Shown: positions 36,976-49,800 of the stretch, piece by piece
How positions within the stretch are numbered: the first letter of the stretch is position 1
Layout: the number at the start of each line of letters is the position of its first letter
Source: Centroscyllium fabricii
Lineage: Eukaryota
DNA: 64,000 nt
NCBI GenBank assembly: GCA_051313645.2
Contig: JBNRSN020000009.1
Coordinates: 182,838,001 to 182,902,000, forward strand
Direction: 5' to 3'
Program-made: the position numbers and the translations under genes
Notes under the pieces: generated by a model
What the model was told of the DNA's origin: nothing
What the model saw: only the letters and a program-made list of their open reading frames with translations
Database searches by the model: none

Positions 36976-37680
36976 TGCCCTGGAATTTGCGGTCAGCGGC
37001 GAAGTGGCGGCACTCGCCGATGTCCTCGAAGAAAGCTGCTCACAGATAGCACGCGATCTCTGCGGCATTAATTTCAGCTCTCCCAACCATAGCTTGAATC
37101 TGGTGCCAAATCGAGTGAATCACCAGCGCCTCTAGCGGCAGTAATGTCATTAAGCTGGCTAAGTAGCCAATCACATTGAAGAATTATTGCAGACATCAAA
37201 CCAGGAAGTAAAATGCACCAATTATACTTTATTTTTAATATATTTTACAGAGCGCGAAATAAAGATTGGGGCACACACATAGGATTAAGTTAGAAGCTGT
37301 AATATCATAAACAAACTTTAAAAAATTACGTTCAAAACTTATAATTCTTAATCATATTAATGGAAAATGTTAACAATCCACAAATATTAAATTAGTTTTT
37401 CAGGACCACAATGAATGTTCAGTAGTCAGTGTGCCATTTAAAAACTCAGTTACACCTCTTTCAACAGGCTTAACGTTTTAGTTTTTTTTTAACAATGATA
37501 TTCCATTGCAAAAGGGGACATTTTCGTCAGTTCAAGTGATTTGAATTGATTGATGGCTCTGGGTAGTTTCACAACGCAACCTGTGGTGGAGCAGGGAATT
37601 ACTGATCGCAACTTCAGTTTCAGTTGGGTAATAATGGTGAATGATTGTTTCGTCGTCATTACCACCGCAAAATCTGGGCC
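36976..37680. mobile_element. Harbinger-like MITE
   Basis: Ends GCCCTGGAATTTGCGGT / ACCGCAAAATCTGGGCC; related to 14788-18234. Confidence 0.7.
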
Positions 37681-38249
37681 AAATGACTTGTGGAAAAACC
37701 CCACAGGACCATCATCTTACCTTCTCAAGGGCAATTAGGGATGGGCAAAAAATGCTGGCCTTGCTAGCGACGCCCACATCCCACGAATGAATTAAAAAAA
37801 ACAGGGGAGTAAATCTAATCATGTTATAGCTGGTCACTGTCCCAAAGTTGTACAGGTTTAAAGACATTCAGTGAAATTAGGGATCAGAGAGCATTTCTGA
37901 TTTTTATGTAGATAAAATATTGAGCTAAAAATAATATATTTCTTAACTGCCTCACAGTTCAGACAGCATCTCATAAATATCTTGTCAGGTATGGTCTCTG
38001 ATCTGTAATTTAGTTTACTTTCGGGATTTTGGAAAAATAATCTTTACAATTCAGATGAGTCACCTTTTGGTGCCTTTGGGTATTGTGTGGCTGGCCCGAG
38101 TAAGATGGCAGTGCCATGAGCAGACTGCCTTGATTTTTTATCACAATCATCTTCACTTTGTTCCATAAAAAAGGAAGGATATGACATCCAGCTCATGGAT
38201 CACAATCCAAATTGATATAAAAACAAACCCCACCAGCAGTATTATACAG

Positions 38250-38690
38250 TGTTAGCTGTGGCGCAGTGGGTAACACTCTTGCCTCTGAGTCAGAAGGTTG
38301 TGGGTTCAAGTCCCACTCCAGGGGACTTGAGCACAAACATTTAGGCTGACACTCCAGTGCAGTGCTGAGGGAGTGCTGCACAGTCGGAGGCGCCGTCTTT
38401 CAGATGAGTCGTTAAACTGAGGCCCCGACTACACTTTCAGTTGGACATAAAATATCCCATGGTATTATTTCGAAGAAGAGCAGGGGGATTCTCCCTGGTG
38501 TCCTGGCCAATATTGATTCCTCAAACAGCATTACTAAAGTAGATTATCTGGTCATTATCACATTGCTGTTTGCTGTGCACAAATTGGCTGCCACGTTTCC
38601 TACATTACAACAGTGACTACACTCCAAAAGTACTTCATTGGCTGCAAAGCACTTTGGGACGTCCGGTGGTTGTGAAAGGTGCGATACACA
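38250..38690 (+). mobile_element. tRNA-derived Deu-domain SINE (SacSINE1/AmnSINE-like)
   Basis: Head GTGGCGCAGTGG...GGTTCAAGTCC; central GCCGTCTTTCAGATGAG..GTTAAAC.GAGGCCCC...GAAGAGCAGGGG...GTCCTGGCCAATATT. Confidence 0.75.
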
Positions 38691-38930
38691 ATACATCCGG
38701 GAAGCATCTGGAAAGGTGGAAAATACATTGAGTCTCTTCGCCAGGAGCAAGCAGAAGCCCAGCGGAAGGAGCGCACGTCAACCCAAGCACCCCACCCACC
38801 CGCCCATTCAACTACCGTCTGCCTCACCTGTGACAGAGACTGTAGGTCCCGCATTGGACTCATCAGTCACCTGAGAACTCATTTTTAACGTGGAAGCAAA
38901 TCATCCTCGGTTCAGAGGGACTGCCTAAGG
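38690..38930 (+). mobile_element. RTE-clade LINE 3' end
   Basis: C-terminal zinc finger CLTCDRDCRSRIGLISHLRTH followed by a short 3' UTR. Confidence 0.7.
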
Positions 38931-38979
38931 AGAAAATATAAATACATGGGGATGGGAGGGGAGGGGGTGGGGAGGGTCG

Positions 38980-40848
38980 GCGAGATTTTCCTGGAGGTGC
39001 AGGAACCTGGCAGGCATTGGTCGGGGCGGGTCCCTGTCCCGCCCGCCCAAGGCCCTGGGAAGCCGATGCAATTTTCGTTTAATTGATCAATTAAATCCCT
39101 GCGTGCAGGGTGCCCCTGCTAATTGCAGCAGTCGAGTCACCAAGTCCGGGGCTCAAACGGCATTGCAGGAGGTTTTCAGACCGCTGCAGGAACTGTGTGT
39201 TTACAGAACCAATGGGAAAGGCCAACTGCTGTTGAGTGACGGGGGAGGGGGGGGGGGCGGGCCGGCTCCAAATGTTTGACAGCTAGGTGCCGGCTGTCAG
39301 TGGAGCTGCGAAGGCACGATTTCTACGTTTTTTTAAATTCATTGATGGGATGTGGGTGTTGCTGGCTGGCTAGGCCTGCATTTAGTGCCCATCCCTAATT
39401 GCCCTTGAGAAGATGGTGGTGAGCCGCCTTTTTGAACCGCTGCAGTCCATATGGTGTAGGTACACCCACAATGTTGTTAGGAAGGGAGTTCCAGGATTTT
39501 GGCCCAGTGACAGTGAAGGAGCGGCGATACAGTTCCAAGTCAGGATGGTGTGTGGCTTGGAGGGGAACTTGTAGGTGGTGCTGTTCCCATGCGTCTGCTG
39601 CCCTTGTCCTTCTAAGTGGTAGAGGTCGCGGGTTTGGAAGGTGCTGTTGAAGGAGCTTTGGCGAGTTGCTGCAGTGCATCTTGTAGATGGTGCACACTGC
39701 AGCCACAGTGCGCCGGTGGTGGAGGGAGTAAATGTTGTAGGTGGTGGATGGAGTGCCAATCAAGCGGCCTGCTTTATCCTGAATGGTGTCGAGCTTCTTG
39801 AGTGTTGTTGGAGCTGCACTCATCCAGGCAAGTGGAGAGTATTCCATCACACTCCTGACTTGTGCCTTGTAGATGGTGGAAAGGCTTTGGGGAGTCAGGA
39901 GGTGAGACACTCGCCGCAGAATTCCCAGCCTCTGGCCTGCTCTTGTAGCCACAGTATTTATATGGCTGGTCCAGTTCAGTTTCTGATCAATGGTAACCCC
40001 CAGGATGTTGATAGTGGGGGATTCAGCGATGATAATGCCATTGAATGTCAAGCGGAGATGGTTAGAGTCTCGCTTGTTGGAGATGGTCATTGCCTGGCAC
40101 TTGTGTGGTGCGAATGTTACTTGCCACTTGTCAGCCCAAGTCTGAATGTTTTCCAGGTCTTGCTGCATATGGACACAGACTGCGTCAGTATCCGACGAGT
40201 CTCGAATGGTGCTGAACAGTGTGCAATCATCAGCAAACATCCCCACTTCTGACCTTATGATGGAGGGAAGGTCATTGATGAAACAGCTGAAGATGGTTGG
40301 GCCTAGGACACTGCCCTGAGGACCTCCTGCAGTGATGTCCTGTGGTTGAGATGAATGACCTCCAACAACCACAGCCAACTTCCTTTGTGCTAGGTATGGT
40401 TCCAACCAATGGAGAGTTTTTGCCCACAGCTGGTCTTAACCCAAGGGAGTGACTTACACCTCCAGGGTGTTGAAGGCCTGGGAAGCATTTTGCTGTAGGT
40501 CCTTCAACACCTTGAAGGAGAAAGTTAGGAAGACCACTGTGCTCCCGCTGGGTTTTCACCAGCGGGGTTTTAGGATGGCGGGGTTAGGGTGGGAAGGGGG
40601 TGAAAATGGATAAGGGCCCTTAAAATGGCATTACAGATGCCAATTAAGGGCCCTTAATGAGCTGAACAACCATCCCCGCCGGCCACCGGCGGGAAAGATT
40701 CGGGGCAGGGAGACAGGGCGTCAGAAAATGCAAAAGCAGCGGGGATCCGACGGGGGGGAGGGGGGCGGGGGCGCGACCCACCGGTTCCGCTACTTTGCCG
40801 TCCGACCTGCCGAAAACCCCGCCTCACGGGGGCTTGAAAATTTTGGCC
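38980..40848. mobile_element. MITE (2580-3374 family) split by a LINE
   Basis: Flanks match the 2600-3374 sequence; right end GAAAATTTTGGCCC. Confidence 0.6.
39328..40420 (-). mobile_element. 5'-truncated LINE (same family as 15450-17202) with open RT C-terminal frame 39395-40405
   Basis: PQGSVLGP...MFADD in a 336-aa ORF; same 3' tail. Confidence 0.9.
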
Positions 40849-41199
40849 CAAGCCTTTCTTTTTCCAGTGATTTCAATCAATTTTACAGGATTTCTCAAGC
40901 AATTAGTTTAATTCTCGAGGACTACATTTACTTCTTGATATTAATTTTAATGTAAAAGTACCTGTGATGATAGAAAAGCGAGGCTAATGGAAAATTATAA
41001 CGGACTTTTATTTTTGCTGAACTGGAGGAGAAACAGCTGAATAATGCAGAGAGCAAAGGAGGCACCCAGCTCATGGTGCAAACTACCTCAGGGATTGGAT
41101 CTACTGCAATAGGTGGAACTATAAGGACCTCACAAAGGAGCAGTGCATAACATGGCGCAGGCTCAGCATGGGGACTGATGAACACGGTGATGACCTGCA

Positions 41200-41700
41200 G
41201 GGACATTCAACGACCTGCACTGCACTATCAGCAGAAGGGAAGGTCACCACTGCCCTCAGTATTTAATCCACAGGGCCCTTTCAGAAATCCACAGGGGATA
41301 TTACAGGGCTTAGTCACTATGCCATTCACTGGTGCATTGAGAAGGCAACCAAAGGCCTATGATGCCATGCACTCACTATATACACTTCAGCAGTAAGCAG
41401 GAACAGGTGGAGACAGATACAGGTTTACCAATGCATTTACTTCACCAAGGTAAAGAGCGTCATTGCCTGTACACATGTAATTATTAACTTGCCTACCACC
41501 AATCTTTTGGCCTACTTAAAAGAAGGGACATTATTCTATCAACATGGGAATGGTATGCGATCATTGCCAAAGAAAAATGTGCGTCAGTGGTTCTGTGGAG
41601 TGACAAGGTACAACCATGATTGATGACACTTCTGCATAACCTCATACCCAGCAGAGATCAGGTTGACCACATCTTTTTTGAGGCACCCTATGGGGTCCTA
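41200..41700 (+). pseudogene. Decayed PIF/Harbinger (HARBI1-like) DDE transposase fragment
   Basis: Manual translation TALSAEGKVTTALSI*STGPFQKSTGDITGLSHYAIHWCI, then VIACTHV and KGHYSINMGMVCDH. These match the Harbinger motifs ALxFxxxGSFQ...GD..GIS, IDCTHV and NRKGxHSINVQxVCD. Confidence 0.75.
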
Positions 41701-41707
41701 AAACAAT

Positions 41708-42527
41708 GGGCCATGTTTTCCTGTGGCCCGTTTGCCGCTGGTGCGCGCACGTAATTTTTGTTTTTTTTCTGACGGCAATTTCCTGTGGAAAATGCCGGGT
41801 TTTTTTCCAGCGCAGTGGTCTGTTTTTTTTTGGTGCGTGGTGCAAGCCACGCCCACTGAGGTCGGCTTTCCCCCCGCACAAAGCACAGAATCGGCCTGAG
41901 GATAAAGAATATCGGTAGGAAGCACCTTTTTTTTGTTTTTTTTAAGTTTCTAGGAAGCTGTTTTTTTTAAGTTTCTGCCTTTTCTGCTGTTAGGGTTTTT
42001 TTTTGCTCCAAGTTAAAAAAACACATTTAAAGTTAAGTTTTTTTTTGATTCCTTTGCAGATATTTGTCTGTGGTCTTTCAGCTTGTAAATGGGTAGGGTT
42101 TTTTATTTTTTGGTGAAAGTGAAAAAAAAACGGGTTTTGAACGCGATGTTTCACTTTCACCAAAAAATAAAAAACCCTACCCATTTACAAGCTGAAAGAC
42201 CACAGACAAATATCTGCAAAGGAATCAAAAAAAACTTAACTTTAAATGTGTTTTTTTCACTTCTCAAAGCTGCCTGCAGCACCTCTAAGACTGCTTTTTA
42301 AATGTGCAGCTGAAGAGAGACTTGCCCACGTGATGCACACGCATTTTGAGCAGCTGCCACAGGAAATCTGCAGCTCAAAGTCTTCCTGGGTAGGAAGCTG
42401 AAGCCCCTTGCCCATCAGCACAGGAAATTCACGTTTCTGGTAATCACCCGAGCTGCACCCCCACGAGGCATTTCTGACCCCCCTTCGTGGGGGTGCAGCT
42501 CTTCTGGAGCACAGGAAAACAGGGCCC
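41708..42527. mobile_element. Harbinger-like MITE with an internal long palindrome
   Basis: TIRs GGGCCATGTTTTCCTGTG / CACAGGAAAACAGGGCCC. Confidence 0.75.
42015..42257. repeat. About 110-bp-arm near-perfect inverted repeat with a 24-nt spacer
   Basis: 42015-42124 is the reverse complement of 42149-42257, apart from homopolymer length. Confidence 0.95.
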
Positions 42528-43384
42528 ATTATTTCAGTTGTTCAAACTGGTTGCGAGGCAGGGATTCCAAAATACCCCACTGAAGGTAGGCAAAACTGTA
42601 ACATACTGCACAATGTTTTGATGGGAAGCGTTTTCACGATGAGCTTGAACGAGAAGCAACAAACTATGGAAGGATCAGTAGGAGGATGACGGGCAGCCAC
42701 TAACAATGGCAGGCACGCCACTGCAGTCACACAGAGAGAGCCAGTGCCCCTAGTCAGTGTCGAGTGAATTCTGCATCTTTATATATTGGTTATACTTACA
42801 ATCACAGAATTCTTACTTGTTTCATTTTTGCCTAGAAATGTATATTCTCAGTGACATGAATCTTGTTGTTCATGTGGAAATGACTTATGAAATAATACTG
42901 GGCAGCCTGCTGGTGGCGCTGTCCAGGGAGAGTATAAAGAATCTGGCATGGGCCCAGCTTGCTCAGGACATTCTTTAACAGGAACTAGTGAAGGACACAG
43001 CTAGATCTTCATGTTGTAAAACAGTTGATTAAAGCTTTGTTTAACGCTTAGACCAAGTGTCGAGTAGTTTTCTTACGTCAGTCAGTTTATTGTAAAATAC
43101 TGTTTCCTTTCCTTCGCATGCAGATTGCAAGAGGGATTAAAAGTACATTTGCAATGCATTTTTCTGTTGTGTTTCCCACTTATGGCTAGCTATGGGAGTA
43201 ACTGTGGTGTGTGGCTGCTAACCTTACATTCTTTTCAGCTCATCACAACAGTTGAATCGGAGTTGAGCCCTGCTCTAAGACTCTGATGTCGGTTAGTGTA
43301 CCACCCACAGCCTAAGGAGCTGATAATGCTTTTCAAAAATCCTATCCCCAAAGTCTGGTCAACAAAATGGAATTTTCTCACTAT

Positions 43385-44103
43385 GGGGGAAAAATTGGGT
43401 TGTGGCCGTTTGGGGCGTTAACCTCGGCGGGGCTTTTAGCACCCCGAAAAAGTTAGCACTATTCCACCTGAAATCGGGTTTTAGCGCCCTAGCGCCCCAC
43501 CTTGTTCCTTGGGCGCAACAGCACAATTTCAGCCGCTGCGCCACGCTCTGCAGCACGCCGCGCCGTGGTACTGCAGGTCGCCTTCCCCTTCTTAAAGGGG
43601 AGTGGCCTAGCACAGCGCGACCCAGGGCCCCGCTGGACCGTCGGGGATCGGAGTGCCGGCAAAGGAGCCCGGCACTCGAGGGAAGTGCCGGGCTCACGGA
43701 GCACAGCCAGCACTCCGCGGGGGAGCATCGGGAAAGGCCGGGGACGGCAGAGGGGTAAGGTGCTGGCGGGCGGCCAGCAAGAAAAATGGCCGCCTGGCAC
43801 CTCCCCTTTTAAGTAGCGCTGGCACGGCTGCAACCGCCTCCCCCTGGCCCTGTCGGAGACAGCGTCCGGCGCTAAATCAGGGGGCACGACTGAAGTTCGC
43901 AGCCGGGGCGCGTGCGAGGCGCTGCGCATGGCAATGATGTCATTGCCGGCGGCGCACGCCACGGGGCACTACTGGCTGCCACCGCCGCCAGCGCCCCGCT
44001 GAATATCACGGGAGGTGCCAGCCCAGGCGCTAGGTGCTTTGCGCCCCATTATCGCCCCACTCAGGGCGCTAACGGCTGGCGTAAACAACCGAATTTCTCC
44101 CCC
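43385..44103. mobile_element. GC-rich MITE
   Basis: Ends GGGGGAAAAATTGGGTTG / CAACCGAATTTCTCCCCC. Confidence 0.75.
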
Positions 44104-44809
44104 AGTGTGTTTTACTATTTAATTGCAGTTACTCACAGTCCACAGCTGGTTTAATGATATGTCCATCATTTATACTGTTTAACTAGCTTGTCAGCTGCTT
44201 AAGAAGTGTTAAATTATTATTATTAAAAGCAGATTGTGATGGTCCAGTTTTATGTTGTTCCTCTTAATGAGCTAGCATAGATGAAATTGCCTGCAGCAGA
44301 ATCACATGCACCCATCATTTTTGATTGGGCGGTCATTAAAATTGAAATCTGTTTAAAAAAAAACCCTGTAAATGTGGCTCACTGCTCCTGGAGTCTCCTG
44401 TTGAAGTCTCTTTTTAAATTCAGAAAACTACGTGAATGGCCATGGCCCCGAATACAAGATTCCTCAAAGCCTGAAAGCAGCAAAAGAGATGAAGTAAACG
44501 AGGAGGTAGTGATTAGATGGAGCTAAATTGGGTTTTAATGATATGAAATTATAGGAGGCTGGGAAGACAGAACGAGGTAAGGAGTTTTACAACACTGAAG
44601 TCTCAGGAAAGAATGAGTTAGAGTAAGAAATAGTGCAATGTGTTTTGATTTCAACACAATGTGGAAAAGTTTGTTCTAATTTGTAAGATTATTCAATTTC
44701 TAAATAACAGAAGCTGGTTTAATTGGAGTGATTATACTGTGAATTGAAATATTTTAAATGAACATTTAATGAAAGTAAAAGTTATCAATAAACATCACAC
44801 TTGACTTTT

Positions 44810-46050
44810 AAAATTAGTTTGTAGGATGTGGGCGTCGCTGGCAAGGCCAGCATTTATTGCCCATCCCTAATTGCCCTTGAGAAGATGGTGGTGAGCCACC
44901 TTCTTGAACCGCTGCAGTCCATGTGGTGATGGTACTCCCACAGTGCTGTTATGCCCCAGTTTCACTGGAGGCTACGAATTGCCGAATCGTGCCGATTGTG
45001 AAATTTGTCCGATTCGTGGGTCATTCTTGCAATTCGTAGTGGATTCGTAGTGGATTCGTAGCGGATTCGTAGAGTTCGCGGAAGTTCGCGGGATTTCTTT
45101 GAGTTTTCAGGAAAGTTTTTGTTTGTCAAAAAATTTCGTGGGAGGGTTCACGAATGTCCAATTCGTGATAGATTCCTAAACAATTCGTGACCCATTCTTA
45201 CCGTTCGTGACCCTTTCTTACCGTTCGTAACTGATTTGTGGTGGATTCGTAGTGCATTCTTGCCTATTCTTGGGCATTCTTGATTTTCTCAAATTCGTGG
45301 AAAAACGCCGATTTCATCACGAATGTCCACGAATGTCCACGAATGCACTACGAATGCACTACGAATGCAATTCGTAGATAATTCATAGCTAATTCGTAGA
45401 ATTCGTAACTTAATCGTGGAGGTCGTAGTGGATTTGTAAATTAATTCTTCATATTCGTGAGTGATTCGTACCTCATTCCTACAATAATTCGTGATAGATT
45501 CTTAACCTTGTCCAGAATCGCCAAGAATTCACCAAGAATAGCCAAGAATCAACCACGAATTTTCGCTTTTCTTGCAGAATCGCCAAGAATTTCGATTCTT
45601 GACGATTCTTGATATTCTTGACATTCTTAGCCTCCAGTGAAACTGGGGCATTATAGGGAGGAAGTTCCAGGATTTTGACCCAGCAACGATGCAGGATCGG
45701 CGATACACTTCTAAGTCAGGATGGAGTGTGACTTGAAGGGGAACTTGGAGGTGGTGGTGTTCCCCTGCGCCTGCTGCCCTTGTCCTTCTAGGCGGAAGAG
45801 ACTTCGGGTTTGTCAGGTGCTGCCGAAGAAGCCTTGGCGAGTTGCTGCAGTGCATCTTGTAGATGGTAAACACTGTAGCCACAGTACGCCGGTGGTGGAG
45901 GGAGTGAATGTTTAAGGTGGTGGATGGAGTGCCAATCAAGCAGGCTGCTTTGTCCTGGATGGTGTCGAGCTTCTTGAGTGTTGTTGGAGCTACACTCATC
46001 CAGGCAAGTGGAGAGTATTCCATCACACTCCTGACTTGTGCCTTGTAGAT
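44810..46050 (-). mobile_element. LINE 3' fragment (15450-17202 family) split by a MITE and bounded by element D
   Basis: 44820-44951 and 45654-46050 align collinearly to 15470-15995. Confidence 0.85.
44952..45650. mobile_element. MITE with 23-bp perfect TIRs and internal ATTCGT/ATTCTT arrays
   Basis: TGCCCCAGTTTCACTGGAGGCTA / TAGCCTCCAGTGAAACTGGGGCA, with TTA on both sides (Harbinger-type target). Confidence 0.85.
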
Positions 46051-47378
46051 TGTGGTAACCCTTATATGGTTACCATTGCCTTATATGGTTACCATTGTAT
46101 AGTACCATTGTACTGTTGGGAGCCAGGTCAGCCACACCCCCAACTCCTCCCCCAGGTGGGGGCACCGATATAAGGTGTGGCCAGACCCAGCTCCTTCATT
46201 CTTGTATGTGAACTTGTGAGGAGACTAGCTCCATTCTTTATCAATTAAAAGCCTTGTATTTCGGTACTTACGAGTCGCCTTTTAATTGAGTTAGCGGCTA
46301 CGCTACAGTTTTAATTGATAATCTTAAAATGGAGAGCAGCACGGTAAAACCTAGGGAGCTGGACATTAGCCCTCAGGATGCCGCGGCACCAGCTACCTTC
46401 AAGCACTGGTTCGGATTACTAAAGGCCTATATGGCAGCAGCCAAGGCTACCAAAGACGAGGACAAACTCCAAGTCCTGCTATCCAGGGTCTCCAGCAGGG
46501 TTTTCACCCTTGTCGAGGACCTTACAACCTACGAGGAAATGGTGACGACCCTCAAACAGTACTATGAGCGCCCGGTCCACTCTGTCTACGCCTGCCACCT
46601 ACTAGCGACCCGATCTCAACTACCCGGTGAGTCAAACGACGAGTTTGAGCAAGCGCTCCGGGGCATGATACGGGCCTGTGGCTGCAAGGGTGGATTGACC
46701 AAGGCACAGGAAGGCCAAGGCATCCTCCTCCGGGACGCCTATGTCTCAGGACTAAGATGTGCAGTAGCCCGTCAGAGGCTACTGGAAAAGGACAATCTGA
46801 CCCTTGAGGAGGCAACCACGTTAGCCAAATCGGTGGAGGGGGCCCGTAATAAATCGCAGATGTACGGTGGTACCAGCCATCAAGTCTACAACATATGGGC
46901 CGCACCACAACAGGCGTCACGGATTGAGAGCCCCACGATGGCCGCGACGGCCACCACGGACACTAAGCTCAAACACTGCTATTTCTGCGGCCAAGGATTG
47001 CACCCCAGAGCAAAATGCCCAGCCAAGACGGCGACCTGCGAAAAATGCTCCAAGAAGGGACACTTTGCCAAAGCCTGCAGAGCTACTCCAGCCACAGCAT
47101 CTAAAAGGTACAACAGTGCAGCCTGTGAGAGCAACCAGCACCAGGTAAGCTGCATTTGCAGTGCTATTCAGCGACGGCACGCGCCCCCTCCCCCCACCTC
47201 GATGCAGCAGCAACCGGCCAAACGCGATCTTACAACGCGGCTGGCTGCGTGCGAATCACGGGCACCGCCAACCCGACCACCGCGGTTCGCTGCATGCGAA
47301 TCACGGGCGCCGCCAGCGCGTCCACCGCGGTTAGCTGCGTGCGAACCACGGGCGCCGCCAGCGCGTTCACCGCGGTTC
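46051..47378 (+). mobile_element. 3'-truncated Ty3/Gypsy element 'D' (5' LTR and gag)
   Basis: LTR 46051-46307 (TGTGGTAACC...CTACA); gag from 46329 homologous to C and E with two CCHC knuckles; breaks off inside the AACESRA repeats. Confidence 0.9.
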
Positions 47379-47379
47379 C

Positions 47380-47620
47380 CTTTTATGTGTATGTGTATGT
47401 ATAGTTATTCATTCAATAAGTCTGGTTATGCATTTGTATGTCCAACTGTATTAGATCTATATGCGGGTTTTTATGTGTATGTGTAGGCATAGTTACTCAT
47501 TCAATACGTCTAGTTAAGCATTTGTATGTCCAACTGTATATGTTCTTTTTTGTGCTTTGGCAACATAGGATGTATCTTGTCATGCCAATAAAGCAATTTG
47601 AATTGAATTGAATTGAATTG
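47380..47620 (+). mobile_element. LINE-type 3' UTR with an internal ~90-bp duplication and a (GAATT)n tail
   Basis: AATAAA followed by TTGAATTGAATTGAATTGAATTG, as in the Rex1 tail at 19436-19460. Confidence 0.55.
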
Positions 47621-47932
47621 TGGTCTTGTTATATGTCTTACTTTCTTTGGCTCCTGAAATTATCAGCAACTGTTTAACCTGCTTTTACATCATTTAAATT
47701 GCCAATATTTGCACCTCATTTTGCCGGTAGAGTCTGGTATTGATGAGATAAACCTTTTATTGTTATAATATTTTATCTGCGATTTGACTGTGAAAATACA
47801 CGGGGATTAACCTGTGGTCATTAACTTGAAGTTGCTGAGCTGTTCCAACATGATTCTCTTACTTTCATTCATGTGTTTTAATATAGTAATATCACAAGGC
47901 AAAGTGTTAAAAAGTTAAAGGTTAATCTATTA

Positions 47933-48286
47933 CAGATTCAGCACTGGTAATCCGGCACCCTCAGGACCAGGCCGGTGCCGGACCATTGAAAATTCCGAAC
48001 CACTGAAGGTTCGGGGGGGATGGGGGCGCGAGGGTAGAACACTCCCTGGGGCCCGGAGCGCGTGGGTAGAACACTCCCCGGGAGGGAGCCTGGAGATAGA
48101 ACACTTCGAAGACCAAAAAAAGCAGCAACCCAAATGTCTGGCGCCTTCGGCGCTCGTCCTCCCTTCGCGGGAAACGGTGGCGCCACCGAGCGGCTGCTCT
48201 GCAAACTGAAGAGCGCCGGTTTCCATTTGTACCGGGCCACTGTAGGTGCCGGACCATCGGGTGCCAGATTACCGGTGCTCAACCTG
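47933..48286. mobile_element. Tc1/mariner-pogo-like MITE
   Basis: TA|CAGATTCAGCACTGGTAATCCGGCACC ... GGTGCCAGATTACCGGTGCTCAACCTG. Confidence 0.7.
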
Positions 48287-49800
48287 CACTGAGATTCAAT
48301 GAATTGATTGACCAATTACAATAACAGATCTTGCTATCTATAATGAGCACTGGGGAAATCCAGGGATTTGGGGATCAGGCAGGAAAGTGGAGTTGAGGTC
48401 AGAGATCAGCAATGATCTTATAGAATGGCGGAGCAGGCTCGAGGGATCTACTCCTATTTCTTATGCTCTGGTATTACTGTATGCTGGGAATGCAAGTGCA
48501 GAATGTCTAGGTCTTAGAAAGGGAAATAGAAGCAGAATGAAACGCAAGTGAAAAGCTCATGAAATGCATCAAATTGTAAGGCACGCTTGAAACTCACTTG
48601 GTGTGTGTGGAATTACACAACAGGATGAAAATGACCAAAATACAGATCAGTTTTGACAGTAAAGTTTGACAGAACAGAATAGAATATGTTACTGGATGAA
48701 AGTCTGAGGCAATTTAATTTCTCTCTGTGAATAAAAATATTTTAATTTCTCTTCTCTCTTGGGGATGTTCTTTATTGGAAATTTTAATGTGGCACGGTTA
48801 ATTAAAACCAAAGATTTTGGTCATATTTGTTGCCAAGGATGGACATCACAGTGAGTGGACTAGGAGCAAAGGGAAAGCATTATAGAATAGAATATTGGTC
48901 CAACGTTTCAAGATTTTTCCAACAAATTTCGGTGTTCTCACTCCGCTTCGTGCCACGAATGACGGACATTTTCTAATTGGCATTTTTTTTTCCTTCAAGC
49001 GATTTTATTTTTGGGATTAATTTTAACAAACGTATGTTCTCCAAGACCTTGTAACAAACTTGACATCCTTACCAAAAACTCCACTCTCTGTTGCCAGAAA
49101 GACTTTCTGTATTTGCTTCTTCGTTTAACTTTTACTCTTTGTAGGGGGCACAGACCACACTTGCAGACAATATCTAATTCTAAATCTACTAAGCATATCA
49201 TTACGTTTCAGTCAAAAATTAAAGTCGTAGAATAACCGAATAACTTCACAGCAATCTTGTGCTTTCCTAATGAGTCGCTGTTATTCAAGTAAACACACTG
49301 GACAGCTGTGAACCAACAAATGGATCGACCCCGAGCTAAACATATTTTTATTGCCTGTAATGTAGAAGACAGATTGGGACAAAGCATACCCCTTTAATGC
49401 AGAGACTTGCTTACATAAGTTTATGTAAATATGCTTGATATTTGGAGAAACAATATTTTGCCATAAAACACTCTCTGAAGTCAAAGTAAAGCTACAAAAA
49501 ATGTTATGTCATTGTAGTGAAGTCGATAACCCAATTAAAAGGCGACAAGTTAGTACCGAACAAAAGGCTTTTAATTACTAAACAATGGAGCTACTCTCCA
49601 GGCAACAACTGTAACAGAACTGGGTGGAGCCCCGGTCAGACCACACCTATATAGAGCCCCACAAGGGGAGGAGTCGGGGGTGTGGCTGATCTGGCTCCCA
49701 ACAAGATCACAGTAAAACAGGGCTGTGCCTAACATCAGCACAGCCCACAATCAGTCATGACAACACAGCAGTGGAATACAGTGGAATATGATTACCACAT

